DNA from: Chrysochromulina tobinii
Lineage: Eukaryota
Direction: 5' to 3'
Assembly (NCBI GenBank): GCA_001275005.1
Contig: JWZX01002988.1
Span: 1 to 56,476 of the forward strand
Length of the DNA: 56,476 bases
Positions 1 to 12,778 of this stretch are shown piece by piece; the stretch's first letter is position 1; every line of letters starts with the position of its first letter. The position numbers and the translations under genes were made by a program. Under the pieces are notes generated by a model. The model was not told the DNA's origin, did no database searches, and saw only the letters and a program-made list of their open reading frames with translations.

Positions 1-750
1 CTTCGCTCCCTGAACCTCTGCGCGTTGCCTAGTGCCTGAACGATAATAAAGATGATTCACGACAAACGAGCGTTGGCCAAGCTCAACAGGCGGGACCGCG
101 CGCGGTAGCCCGCCGCGCCGGGTAGGCGAAGGCGTACACCCGGCGTTCCTTTATCTTTATCGTTTCTTTTTATTACAATCGTTTAGCGACTACGTTTCCG
201 TATAGCGTATTCCGACTAAAAAATCGATTCGCCTTCGAATCACCCGAATCGGACCGCCCGGTCCGCCAGTCGGTTTACACGCCACACAGCCCGGCACGCC
301 GGCAGGCGGCAGCCCCAGCCACGAGCGCAGCATGCAGCAAACTAAGCAACGGAAGCAGGACTGCCCGTCGCGCGGCGACTGCGGAGTGTATTTAGTGACT
401 AGTGACTACTGGCTAGAGAGTAGTCACTACTCACTAACTACACACTAACTACTCACTAACTACCCTTAGCGCTAACTACGCGTGTCCCAGGGTCGACCGA
501 CTCCGAGCGAACGCTAACGGTCACGCCGGGCAGACCCCAAATTAAGAGACTACAGAAGTACAGTGTATCTCCCCAAATGGCTCGTTGTTTGATCCAGCAC
601 GACCCTTGCCCCTCCGTCCGGATCGTGGCGCATCGTGGACAAATAATCATGTGGAATTTTGGGCGAAACGTCATTTCGAGCGCCGATTCCGAAAAAAGGC
701 CCAGCGCCTGTCGGGTTGCGTTTTGCCGTCGCAGTGCTCAGAAGCGACCC

Positions 751-3323
751 ATGAATAACGTTTGGCAGAAGCATTTGACGGGGTGGGGAAAGCGTCACCC
801 AACCGATACCAACCCATTGAAGCCGCCGAGGCCAGTTCAGACGTCATCACCACTCGGGTCATCGTCGGCCAAGGCGGCGGGCAAAATTCCATTGTCTGTC
901 ACCGCACATAGCCCTGTCGTATACGATGCACAGACCGGCCGCCGGCACCTGCCGACGCCGCCGGGCTCGACAGGTGCGCGTACGATGACACCGTCTCGTG
1001 GTGAGTCGGGCTTGACCGCGCAAACGGGCATGGCTATGTCCGTCGTAGGCGATATCAGCACAGCGGGGGCAATTACGCCGCACCAGAAGCAGCGGCAGCA
1101 GCAGCTCGAGGCGCTGCTCTCGCTGCCCTCGCGCTTCGCGCGTGTTGGTGGTGGCTATGAGCGCGTGCCGTACGCTGCGGACGAGCTCCTTAATGCCGCC
1201 GTCGTCGCGGTGACGCGCGAGCGCGGCTACGGCGGCATGACGATCGACGACGACAAGGCCAAGCTGTGCGACGCTCTCGGTTTCGCGATCGCCGAGGCGG
1301 ACGAGCTTCGCGCTGCACTGGGCGAGCAGCCAGTGCTCGAGCAGATGCGCCAGCGCGTCCAACAAGCGCAACTCGACGCGGCGAGGCACGAGGAAGGGAT
1401 CGAGGTGGTGCGACTCGAGGCGACTGCGGCGCGTAAGGCTGCGAGCGAAGTGCAAAGCATCCAGGCCGACCTCGTGCAGGTGCAGCGGCAGCTCGCAAGC
1501 TGGGTGCTAACCGCGGTCGAGCACAGCCGCGCTCAGCGCAAGGCGGCCGACCCCAACTCGTCATCGAAGCCGACGCAGCTGTCCAACACCGCGCCGTCGG
1601 ACTCGGAGCTGCTTGGCGAGACGAGCCCTGGCTCGACCCACGAGGGCCCATTGTCCGTGCAGGCGAGCCCGGGTCCAACGTCCGTGCAGCAGCAGCAGCA
1701 GCAGCAGGCGCAGTACACGGAGAGCCTTCTCGAGTCTCTCGCCTACTTTTATGCGTCGCGCGCGCAGCTGAAGCAGCTGGTGACGGGCATGCGTGCGTGG
1801 CAGGCGTGCGCGGCGCTCCATCGGCGAGATCAGGCGGCGGTGCGCTTTGCCGAGATGCTGATTGTCTCTGATGGCCCTACTGATGATCACCGATGATCAA
1901 TGACTGCTCCCCTCATCAGGTGCGCTTCGCCGAGATGCGCGCGCTCTCGTCGGCGACCATGTCCCTCCAAGCGGCCGCCCAAAATCACGCGCTCGTCGAT
2001 CGTGGCGTGCGTCGCTTTGCGCGCACCCAAGCTCAGCGTGCCTTCCACAATTGGGTTTCGTTTGTGACCAATCGTGCGCTCACGCAGCACACGCAAGTGC
2101 TCGCGGCACAGCACGCGTCCGTGCAGGCGGCGAAACGTGCGGTGGGCAGCTTGAGGGTGAAGCCCCCCCAGGACGACCAGCCCGAGTCGTCGTCTGCTCC
2201 CGAAGAGGAGTTGCCTGTGAATTCACAGTTGAACCACGGCGCGGCTGCAACCTCCTCCGCGCACGTGGCGGCGTGCGCTCCTGCGGCGCGCACACAGCCG
2301 CCCTTTTCGTTCACGGGCAGTGCTCTAGCCTCCTCCCCGAGGGGGGCGAGCTGCTCCACCGCGGGGACCACCGCGGGCATGTCGGAGGATGCCGTTCGAT
2401 GGATGGCAGCGGCGGCGACCGCGGCAGCCGCCCTAGGCGACGTGGTCGCGCAGTTCGGACGTTACACGGGTGGTGACACCGCGCGGTCATCCTCAGATCC
2501 CGACGCGACCCCCGCTCCGCTGAGTGCAACGCAGCGGGCCCAGTTTGATCGCACTTGCGAGCGCGAGATGCCCGAGTGGCTTCGCGCCGCGGCCGATGCC
2601 GCCTCACTCATCAGCGACGCGGCCGAGCGCCTACAGTACGGCTCTTCACACCCCGCTTCACACCCCGCCTCCCGCTCGGGCTCGCGCCCGAGCTCACGTT
2701 GCGCTGCCGAGCCGACGAGCACGCCAAAAGGCCGCATCGCCATCATCAATGAGCGATCCAGTTGGTTCGGCTCCAGCCTCTCTGTCTCTCCCGTGGCGTC
2801 GGGCGACAAGATCTTCTACATGTGTGAACACCTCATGAAGGCCTGCGACAAGATGGGCAACCGGTGCGTGCTCGGCGGTGCCAACATCGCGTGTGGCTTC
2901 CTGCAGCGCGTGCCTGGGCTGTCTGGGGAGCTCTCTGGTGAAGCGGCGGCCGGCTCGGATGCACCGGCAGAGGGCGGCAGCGGCGCGGCTGGCCGCACTG
3001 CCGGCACGTTCGCCGCGCTCGACGCTTCCCACGCGACGGACGCCGGCGCGAGTGGGCAGCAGCACGCGAGCTGGGCTGACTTGGGCGACGGCACCTACCT
3101 GCTCCGATGGGCGGCCGACGCTCCCGGCGTCTTCGATGTCTTCGTCAAGATTGATGGGTTGCATGTGCTTGGCTCTCCCTCGAGGCTAGTGCTCGCGCCG
3201 CCGCTGCCGCCGCCCACGCGCCGAGCACGCCTATCCAGCAATTTAACTTCCGTGGTGGACTCACCTAGCGGCACGAAAGGGTCCGCGGAAACAGCCTCGA
3301 AAGTGGGCGGCACGGACAGCTGA
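751..3323 (+). CDS. Coiled-coil protein with C-terminal filamin/Ig-like repeat (exons 751-1839, 1920-3323; ~830 aa)
   Basis: ORFs 577..1896 and 1893..3323 join in frame via GT-AG intron 1840-1919. The C-terminus WADLGDGTYLLRW..PGVFDVFVKIDGLHVLGSP matches the filamin-repeat pattern. Start ATG 751 is inferred. Confidence 0.7.
1840..1919 (+). other. Spliceosomal intron, 80 nt, phase 0, flanked by 20-nt direct repeat
   Basis: GTGCGC...CCTCATCAG restores the frame. ggtgcgctttgccgagatgc (1839-1858) vs ggtgcgcttcgccgagatgc (1919-1938), 19/20 identical. Confidence 0.85.
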
Positions 3324-3658
3324 GCACGGAGATGAGGAATTGGGTGCGGCCTAGGTGCGGCCGTGGGAGAGACTTTGCGCACGCGCTCTTGTGTGTGCAA
3401 GGCCATGATTTCGAAGGCGAGTGAGGGCAGCGCAGTGTGCGGGCGCACAGACGAGACACGAGGGTGTGTGCAGTGTAGCGGAGATGAACGAAGTGGGCGC
3501 GGTGTGTGAGTCCTGGTCCTGCATGCAAGCTAGGGTGTCCGAAAGGCCGGCGGTAATGCGTAATCGAATAGGCGATGCGTGTGTTCTGTATGTCGTCATA
3601 TTATATTGATATATTGTCGTGTGTGCAAGCAGGGTGCGTCACGAAGAACTTACATGTA

Positions 3659-6495
3659 CTACGAGCACTGGGCTGCCCCGCCTTGCCCTTGGAGATAGAA
3701 GAAGTCGGGGCGCTCGTGACGCGCTGCCTCGAGCAGCTCGGGTGTCTCGAGCACCCGGAGCGCGTGCCAGCACACCCACGCATCGGTCGCGGCGTAGCGC
3801 AGCTGCGCCTCGCTCAGCGTGGGCATCTCCCAGTTGGACATCTGCAACGACTTGGGCTTGTGCATGCGCAGCCCCAGTAGCGCGGCGACGAAGCCGGCGA
3901 CGCCCGTGCAGAGGCAGCCAGCGGCGCGCGCACTTGGGGCCAGCTCGATGAGCGTTGCGCCGACCGAGGCCGCGCCCACGACGGCGCCCGTGGATGCGCC
4001 CACCACGGCGCCGACCGAGGTGGCGACCGGCGCGTCGGCCGATGCCGCCGGCGTCGCGGTCAATCGCGGTGGCGTGCAGCCCAGCCCACCCGCGCGCACA
4101 TCAGACTCGTGGAGCTGCGCTATCTCGCGCCCGATCTCCTGACCGACCAAGGTGAGTGTCGGGTCGCTGAGTAGCTCACGCAGCGGTGACGGCAGCGGCT
4201 GATGACGAACCAGCCGGAAGAGCACCGCGACCTCCGGCGTAGCGAGCTGAACGAGGCAGATTGGGTTGAGATTCTTCTCTCCGGCCCGGAAGGTCGGCTT
4301 CGTCTCGGTGTCGAAGCCGATCACTACACGCCCGTGGAGCTCGCCGCTACGCCGCAGCGCGGCGCACCACGTCGCCGCAGTCATCCTTTCTTCTTCGGAG
4401 CGCCCAGCGGAAGCTTTCGCAGGCGCCCATGCGCTGCCGTCGACCACAATGATCCTGACCGTGTCCTCATCGGGTGGGGGACGAAGGTGAAGGTCCGCGG
4501 GATGCAGCAGGCGGACAGGAGGGAGGGTCGTCGCGAGCGTCTGGAACTGTTCCGACTTGGCTCCTATCAAGGGCCACCGGCGCTTCTCATAGTCCGCCCA
4601 GCACGCCTCGCAGTAGAGCCGGCCGCTGGCCGGGTCGCGATGGCCTCGCCCCGGGTAGCCACACCACAGGCAGAGCCCATCCTCCACCAAGCAGTCGACT
4701 GACACGCCAACGGCCGCCACGTCGTCGACTGGTGCGGCAGGCCGTCCGTCGGCTGGTGCGGCAGGCCGTCCGGCGGCTGGCGCGGCAGGCCGTCCGTCGG
4801 CTGGCGCGGCAGACTTCTCCACCAGTTTCAAAAGGCCGACCCGATGCACGAGCTCGTCCGCGCTGATCGTCCTCGCCGCCGGAGGAGGAGGAGGGGGTGG
4901 GACCAGCCCCTGCATCGACAGCGCGTCTTCGACTCCGACGGCGTGTAAGGATTGCTCACGCCGCAGCCTGGAGGGGAAGACGCCTGCAGGGAAGCACCCC
5001 TGGAGGCAACACCGGGCAATGTGCTCCAGGGCGCTCAAGGCAGCCCGTGCCTGTATCTGCGCGAATGGGTGCAGATGACGCTCGCGCCATGCACTCGACA
5101 ACAGTTCGGCAAAGGGTACCCACGCGACACCTAGCAGGCTCGGGTCGTTCCCCGGATCTGGCGGCCGGCCGAGAGCAGCAGCCACGCGCTCGGCGAGGTC
5201 GGCGTCCTCGGCGTCGAGCTCATGCAAAAAGAGAGCGTACCTGATGAGGAGGCAATCAGCATGCACTCAGCATGCACTCAGCAGCATGGCATGCACCCAG
5301 CAGCAGCAATTCGACACGCAACCGCATACTTGCTCTGGCCCACCCAGACGACGGGCTTCGCGTGCTGCTCGATGCGCGCCCGAGCGCTCGCAGACAGCTG
5401 CCCGCCTGTCTCCTCCGAGCACTCCCTAGCAGCCACGTGGCGAGGGCTCTCGTGGATGGAGTCACGCTTGCCGCCGAGAAAGTTGTACCTCTTCTCCACG
5501 CGGCTGTTATTGGTACGCTCTTCGATCGCGAGTAGGGCATGGGGGTTGCCGCTCTTCTTGTGCCACAGCAGTGCGCCGGCCGCACAAAAGTGCTTCGCAT
5601 CGAGCTCGCGCAGCTGCCCATCTGCCGCTGTGTACGCATCCGGCGTCACCGCCTTACCCTTCCAGGGCCGCTCCGGTGACGACTGCCCTGGAGGCCGCAG
5701 GTCTGGTCGAGTCGGGTGTTTCAGGTGCTGCCACGTCGTCGGATGCGCAAACGCGCACGAAACGTTCGTGCACGTGTCGCCATTGCGGCAGCGCTTGTCG
5801 CCATACTTGCCGCACTTGACCCACTCAACCAGCGAGGTGGTCGGCAAGGCGCTCTGTCGGTTCGATCCGTTTACGTCGACACGGTCGATCGGGCCACGCG
5901 CAGACGATCGCTCGCTCGCCACCTCGCCCACGTAGCCGTCTGTCGGTCCGAAAGCCAGTGGCGCAATCGCGACGGGGCTCCCCCAGTAGGGGTGTGAGCT
6001 AAAGGGCTCTCCGTACGTGGCCGCCTTGTGTCGCGGCTCGCCGCTAGAGCTCCAGCCAACGTTGCGGCCCACAGGGCCATCAGACACGTGCATGGGCACT
6101 GGCAGTCGCTCCACGACAAACACCTGTGGTGCTACCACGTCGTGCCATTCGACAGGATCTCTAGGATCCGGATTGTACTGAATGCGCATGCGGACGTTAT
6201 GCAGCTTACCGAGGACGCGCATTTGGACCTGGCCACTGAGAACACGCTCACTGTCCTCCACCGGTTTCAGCGCCTGCAGCGCTGCCACACCATATGATGG
6301 CAGTGACGCAAGAAACGCAGCATCGATCAAGAAGCCTTGCAGCGCTGTGCCCATGTCGTTGGAAGCAAACACCTTCCGACCATCGATCTCCACACGCGAC
6401 GGCTTGCAGAGGTTCGGCCCGTACAGCATCTCACGAACGTTCCCACGGCCGGGCCGGTGCGGGGGCACGTTGCCAGGAGCCCCCGAGATCGACAT
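3659..6495 (-). CDS. CCCH zinc finger + Nudix hydrolase + DEDDy (WRN/EXD-like) 3'-5' exonuclease fusion (exons 6495-5330, 5240-3659; ~915 aa)
   Basis: C-x5-C-x4-C-x3-H (CRNGDTCTNVSCAFAH); Nudix box GGKRDSIHESPRHVAARECSEETG; CxxC..CxxC; ExoI IGFDTE; SNWE..LSEAQLRYAATDAW. The intron joins the two ORFs in frame (..GQSK|YALF..). The start could instead be ATG 6612. Confidence 0.8.
5241..5329 (-). other. Spliceosomal intron, 89 nt, phase 2
   Basis: GTATGC...GCTGATTGCCTCCTCATCAG with internal TGCATGCTGAG repeats. The downstream exon begins GTACGC, a weak echo of the donor. Confidence 0.85.
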
Positions 6496-6808
6496 TGGCG
6501 GGGAGGGTCCGCCCGCCTCTGCCTCTGAGGGAGCACAAGCACGCACGAGCAAACAAGCACGCAAAAGGAAGCAGAAAAAAGTGTCACAAAGCACTCGCGT
6601 CCTTCTGAGCATTCCAAAATTTCGCGGCCGCGTTAATTGCTCGCGTCGCGCACTTGAAGTCCATAGTTGTTTCAAAGGCGGGGTTCGGCTCAACCGTCAG
6701 TCAAGCCAGGCCAAGAGCGCCGTGTTGGTTAAGTTTCGCCAAAATTCGTTTGCGACATTTGAAGCGTTGGAGGCACAATCCGTGCGCCAGTCTGCGGATA
6801 GCTGCACG

Positions 6809-8839
6809 ATGGCCGCACTGAACGAGGATGCGACGTGGAGTGCTGGGCCGTTCGCCCACGAGGAGTCGCAGCTGAGCTTGCAGCTTCAACTGGAGCAGGC
6901 GATGGCCGCTCTGCAGACCGAGCGAGCACGTGTGGAGGCGGAGGCGAACAAGCACGCGCAGGCGGAGGCGCGCTTGTCGCAGCTGGAGAGTGAGCTGGAG
7001 AAGCTCCGACCACGCGTGTCGTGTGCTGCGCCCGATAGTGCTTGCGCGCCTCACACAAGCAGCACGGTGTGGTCCGACGACCCGACGCCGCTGCGCTCCT
7101 CACGCTCGGCGGCGGGGCTGTCGCAGCTGAAGCTGCAGCTGAACCTTTCGGAGCTGCGCGGCGAGCGCGAGAAGCTGCAGCGGGCCATCAGCCAACTGCA
7201 ACCCTCCGTTGAGCACGTGCTGAGCGCCTTCGACAGGGATCCTCGTGATGGGATGACGCCACGAGACACTCCGCGCAGCGCGGAATCGGTCCAGGAGACG
7301 CCGCTCAGCGATTGGGAGTCGACGTCCTCCTCGGCGCTGTCGTCGGATCGGACTGTACTCGCGACGGAGCCGGCGGACACGCCGCTCCCTCGCATCTCCT
7401 TGCTCTCCCCCTCCGCCACTGGATCTCGCGATCCACGCAGCAAGGATGCAAGCGCCTCGCTCGAGTACGACCCACGTAAAGAGGTCATCGACTTTGCTGC
7501 ACTGAGGCGGGAATGGGAGGCGAAACGCAACGCAAGGCTGAGCGCCTCGGCCGACACCGCCTCTCCCGCCGCCCCTCCCGCCGCCGCCCCTCCTCGTGCC
7601 GCCCCTCCCACCGCCGCGGTCTCGGTCCCTTGGCTACCATTGCTGCGTCGTGGCGCCACGTGGCAAGCCGCAGCCCCAGTGGCGGCGGAGGTGGAGGTGC
7701 CGTGCATCGCAGAGGTGGAGGTGACCGCCGATGCGAGCGCAGGCATCCACATGAGGGAGCGTCCGGAAGGCATCCATATCAGGGACGCGGAGGTGCAGGT
7801 GACCGCAGACGCGAGCGTTGCTGAGGACGAGACGCAGGAGGACCGCCCCGAAGGGCCGTTCACCGCCCGCGAGAGGCGCATCCAGGCGCTCGAGAAAGAG
7901 ATTAGCGATGCGGCGGCCGGAGCGGCGGCGGCGGCGGGGAGCAGCAGCGGGCGCCCATCGTGGGCAGCGCTCGAGCCGCCCTCATGGGCCCTACCCAGCG
8001 CAGCCATCGAGCCACTGCTGCGCACCGCCCGCGACCGTGGGGATGAGATCGCCATCGAGCTCAAGGGTCTGGGCGACAAGGTGTGCCAGGACGTGTGCCG
8101 CGCCGGAGACGCCGTCGGCGAGAACGTGGCCAAGTTTGGGGATGCCGTCGGCGAGAACGTGGCGAAGCTGGGTGACGCCGTCGGCGAGAATGTGACCAAG
8201 GTGGGCGACTCGATTGGGAACCGTCTGCTTCGCGTACTTGCATGCACGCCGAGGGACGTGAGAGGTCCGGGCGAGGTGCCTGTGGAACGCATGTACCTGT
8301 TCCACAACGGGCAGGCGCGCGACGGAAAGCGCGCCGTCGCGGGCTCCAAGGGGCTTGTCGCGGGCTCCAAGGGGCTTGGATGGGGCGACAAACTCGGCGA
8401 GGAGCGCGCCAAATTGGAGGCCCAAATCGGGCGCCTTGTGGGCATGGGCCAAAACTTGGGCCTCAACGTGCGCGAGATGGCGGCGGCAGTCAAGAGTGAC
8501 ATGGACGGCCAGCTCGCACCGATTGCGTCGTTAGCTGCGTCCGAATGGGAACAGATCACGTCCGAATGGGACCAGAAGGCCAAGGAGGCGGGGATGAAGC
8601 TGCGCGAGATGGTGGCCGATGGGCGCCAGGCTGGGCGCAGCCGCAAGCCGACGGACCGGCCGCCATCCGACACGGCGACAGAGAGCCGACCGTCAGAGGG
8701 GGGCTCGAGCCACTCGCGTGAGGGCGGCGAGTCGAGGCGTCGCCGCCCCAAGACGCGAGACGGGCGCGAGGGACGTGCTGAGGGGCGCGAGGGACGCGAG
8801 ACCCGCGAGGCGCGGGAGGCTCGGGCGCAGCCAGCTTGA
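6809..8839 (+). CDS. Hypothetical coiled-coil protein with 11-aa (GDAVGENVAKx) repeats
   Basis: Long ORF with GC-rich codons from ATG 6809; heptad-rich N-terminus; 33-nt tandem repeat at ~8105-8220. Confidence 0.7.
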   Translation: MAALNEDATWSAGPFAHEESQLSLQLQLEQAMAALQTERARVEAEANKHAQAEARLSQLESELEKLRPRVSCAAPDSACAPHTSSTVWSDDPTPLRSSRSAAGLSQLKLQLNLSELRGEREKLQRAISQLQPSVEHVLSAFDRDPRDGMTPRDTPRSAESVQETPLSDWESTSSSALSSDRTVLATEPADTPLPRISLLSPSATGSRDPRSKDASASLEYDPRKEVIDFAALRREWEAKRNARLSASADTASPAAPPAAAPPRAAPPTAAVSVPWLPLLRRGATWQAAAPVAAEVEVPCIAEVEVTADASAGIHMRERPEGIHIRDAEVQVTADASVAEDETQEDRPEGPFTARERRIQALEKEISDAAAGAAAAAGSSSGRPSWAALEPPSWALPSAAIEPLLRTARDRGDEIAIELKGLGDKVCQDVCRAGDAVGENVAKFGDAVGENVAKLGDAVGENVTKVGDSIGNRLLRVLACTPRDVRGPGEVPVERMYLFHNGQARDGKRAVAGSKGLVAGSKGLGWGDKLGEERAKLEAQIGRLVGMGQNLGLNVREMAAAVKSDMDGQLAPIASLAASEWEQITSEWDQKAKEAGMKLREMVADGRQAGRSRKPTDRPPSDTATESRPSEGGSSHSREGGESRRRRPKTRDGREGRAEGREGRETREAREARAQPA

Positions 8840-9424
8840 GAGAGCGCACTTACTATCGTCGCAGTTCTCGCGGCCGCGTGAAGTGGTATTCCTCGCTGGG
8901 TCTCGCCTGTCGCCTGACCCTGTCGCGAGTGATGTTGCGCGAGCGCGGCCGAGGCGTCGGAGGTCGTGCTGTTCGAGTATGCAGAGATACCAGAGTTCTG
9001 AGTTGAGATTAGATCAAATGGTTCCGTTAGTACTTCCGAAGCAGGCAGAAAGGCGGTGTCGAAGAAACGCTGTGACATGCTGTCAAGTCTGAACACTGAA
9101 GTCTTATTACAGAAACAACAGTGAACACCAACACGACAACCAAACGGAAGGGGAAGTATGTGTGCTCCGGAAGCCAGCAGGGGAGGACGGGAGGCGATGG
9201 AGATGGCGGAGGGGGTGGTGACACTGGACTTGATTTGACTTCAGACTTGATTTGACTTGACTGTTGGTGCGAAATTTTCCGCTTGCTTTTCCCCCGCGAG
9301 GCTCGCCGCGTCTCGGCTGCTCGTAATTAGCGACGACCACCACGTCGCGAGCACCAGCTGTACTGCCGGCGCGCTGCTCAAGCAGGCTCCAGTCGTCTAG
9401 ATTGCCACGTGGCCGCACAAGCCG

Positions 9425-10234
9425 ATGAATACCCAGCGTGAGGACGAGCCCTCCTCGCCCTACGAGCCTTATGAGCCCCGGGAGGAAAAGGACGAGGCTG
9501 AGCAGGTCGTCCAAGTGATGGCGACAGAGGAGACGCGGCGGCAGCGCCTGCTGCTGTACTCGTGCATTGGCGCGTGCGTGGTGGCTGTGTCCGCCGTCGT
9601 GGCGGCGCTCGGGGCCAATGGTGCCAGTGGTGCTGCCTCCTCTGTGCCAATGGCCGCCGCCTCCTCCGCACTCGCAACGCAAGGCGGCATGCAAGCGGAG
9701 GCAAGCCAGTGGGCGCTCGCCTTTCGAGACGCGACGCAAGGGCTATTGGACAGGGCGACGTCGCGAGGCGACCAGGCAGTCCTCGCGGCGACGCGCTGCA
9801 CGGCCACCCTTGAGCAGGCGCGCCATCGCATGGCACAGCTCGAGGAGCGGCTGCAAGAGACCCGAACGGCGCTCACGGCAACCCAGGCGGCACTGCGTGA
9901 TCGCGATGAGGCGCTACGGGCCAAGGAGGAGGCCCTCGCGCGTCTAGAGGACCTGCACAGTTCACATTCACAGCAGCTCGATAAGGAGGCCGCGTGCTGT
10001 CAGTCTTCGCTCCAGGCGAGGGGTCGGCTCGAAGAACGCACTCGCCGTTGCGAGCTGCAGCTCGGGCGTATGGAGCAGCAGCTGGAGCAGGCGCGCGCCA
10101 CACAGCAGGCGGCGGCAGCGGCGGCAGCGGCGCGAGCGACGCAGCAGCAACTTGAGCGGGCGGCGCGCGCGGCCGCGGGCGCCGTGCACCGGCAGCATGT
10201 GAACACTTGGGCGTGGGGCCGGCCTTATAAGTGA
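9425..10234 (+). CDS. Single-pass membrane coiled-coil protein
   Basis: Hydrophobic stretch LLLYSCIGACVVAVSAVVAALG followed by a long Q/E/A/R coiled coil. Confidence 0.65.
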   Translation: MNTQREDEPSSPYEPYEPREEKDEAEQVVQVMATEETRRQRLLLYSCIGACVVAVSAVVAALGANGASGAASSVPMAAASSALATQGGMQAEASQWALAFRDATQGLLDRATSRGDQAVLAATRCTATLEQARHRMAQLEERLQETRTALTATQAALRDRDEALRAKEEALARLEDLHSSHSQQLDKEAACCQSSLQARGRLEERTRRCELQLGRMEQQLEQARATQQAAAAAAAARATQQQLERAARAAAGAVHRQHVNTWAWGRPYK

Positions 10235-10344
10235 TCACTGCGTTTCGAACAAGGTCTCGGGTGGTATGAACATCATGCTTCGATTTTCTGAATTGCGTTC
10301 TCATTCACAGCCAACGAAGTCGAGTTTCGTGTCTCTCGCACTGA

Positions 10345-12024
<1,680 letters not shown>

Positions 12025-12778
12025 CAGGGGCGTGTGCGTGTACACGGATGACTGCTTCCGACGACGACAGCTGGAGACTTGAGGTGCGCGCGCCTCGTGC
12101 GCCGAGTGGAGCGCGCGTGCCGGGCGCCCCAGTTGCCCAGAGCCCCAGAGTCCTCCTCGACCTCGTGGAGCGCGCGAGGCGTGGCGACGTTGCTCGCGCT
12201 CCGCCGTGCGGTGCAGCGCCCTCTCCGGTGTCCGGGCCCGCTCCGCTCTGCCGCGTGTTTTTGGTTTTTAGTACAGTGCGGTTGTTTTTTTACTCTCAAA
12301 CAGACTTTAAAAGTGCCACTTTAAAATACGCTCCGCACGTCCGCGAAGCGAAGCGAGATCTAGCGTGTAAGCTGGTGTATATTCTATCGACTAGTGCAAC
12401 TAACACGGTCGCCCGTAGAGCAGCAGTAAACAGCAGAGGTCGTACAAACTACAATATCTTATATCTACCAACTATGTGCTCGACTTGTAATACGACGACT
12501 CGCTTGGTGCTGACTGCTGAGTTCACCACCAATTCCGTGTGTGTGACGCTGCCGACAAAGAAGCCAATCAGAGGTCCCGCGATTCCCCACTATTCGCGCA
12601 TCACGCCTGCCGTTCGTTTGTTTGTAACTTGAAGAGTTCATCACGGCGCTCGTCGCGTTCGCAAATCCAAATTTACGCCGCGTCGCGCCCGACCTTGTCG
12701 AGCGCTCCTTGCTGGTCTCCGTCAAAGTGGACTGTTCCAACAGTCCATGAGTCTGCGCGGCCGTGAGAGCGTAGCACC

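Noticed and set aside
400..429. 11-bp inverted repeat tagtgactact/agtagtcacta
   Set aside because: It lies within low-complexity stutter sequence; no evidence for a terminator or transposon end.
6182..6808. N-terminal extension of the + ORF overlapping the Nudix-exonuclease gene
   Set aside because: It runs antisense through another CDS and an AT-richer promoter; ATG 6809 is more plausible.
7051..9096. 681-aa antisense ORF, and many similar shadow ORFs such as 27857-28993 and 29012-30172
   Set aside because: Antisense mirrors of GC-rich real genes; Ser/Ala/Arg-rich with no domain motifs.
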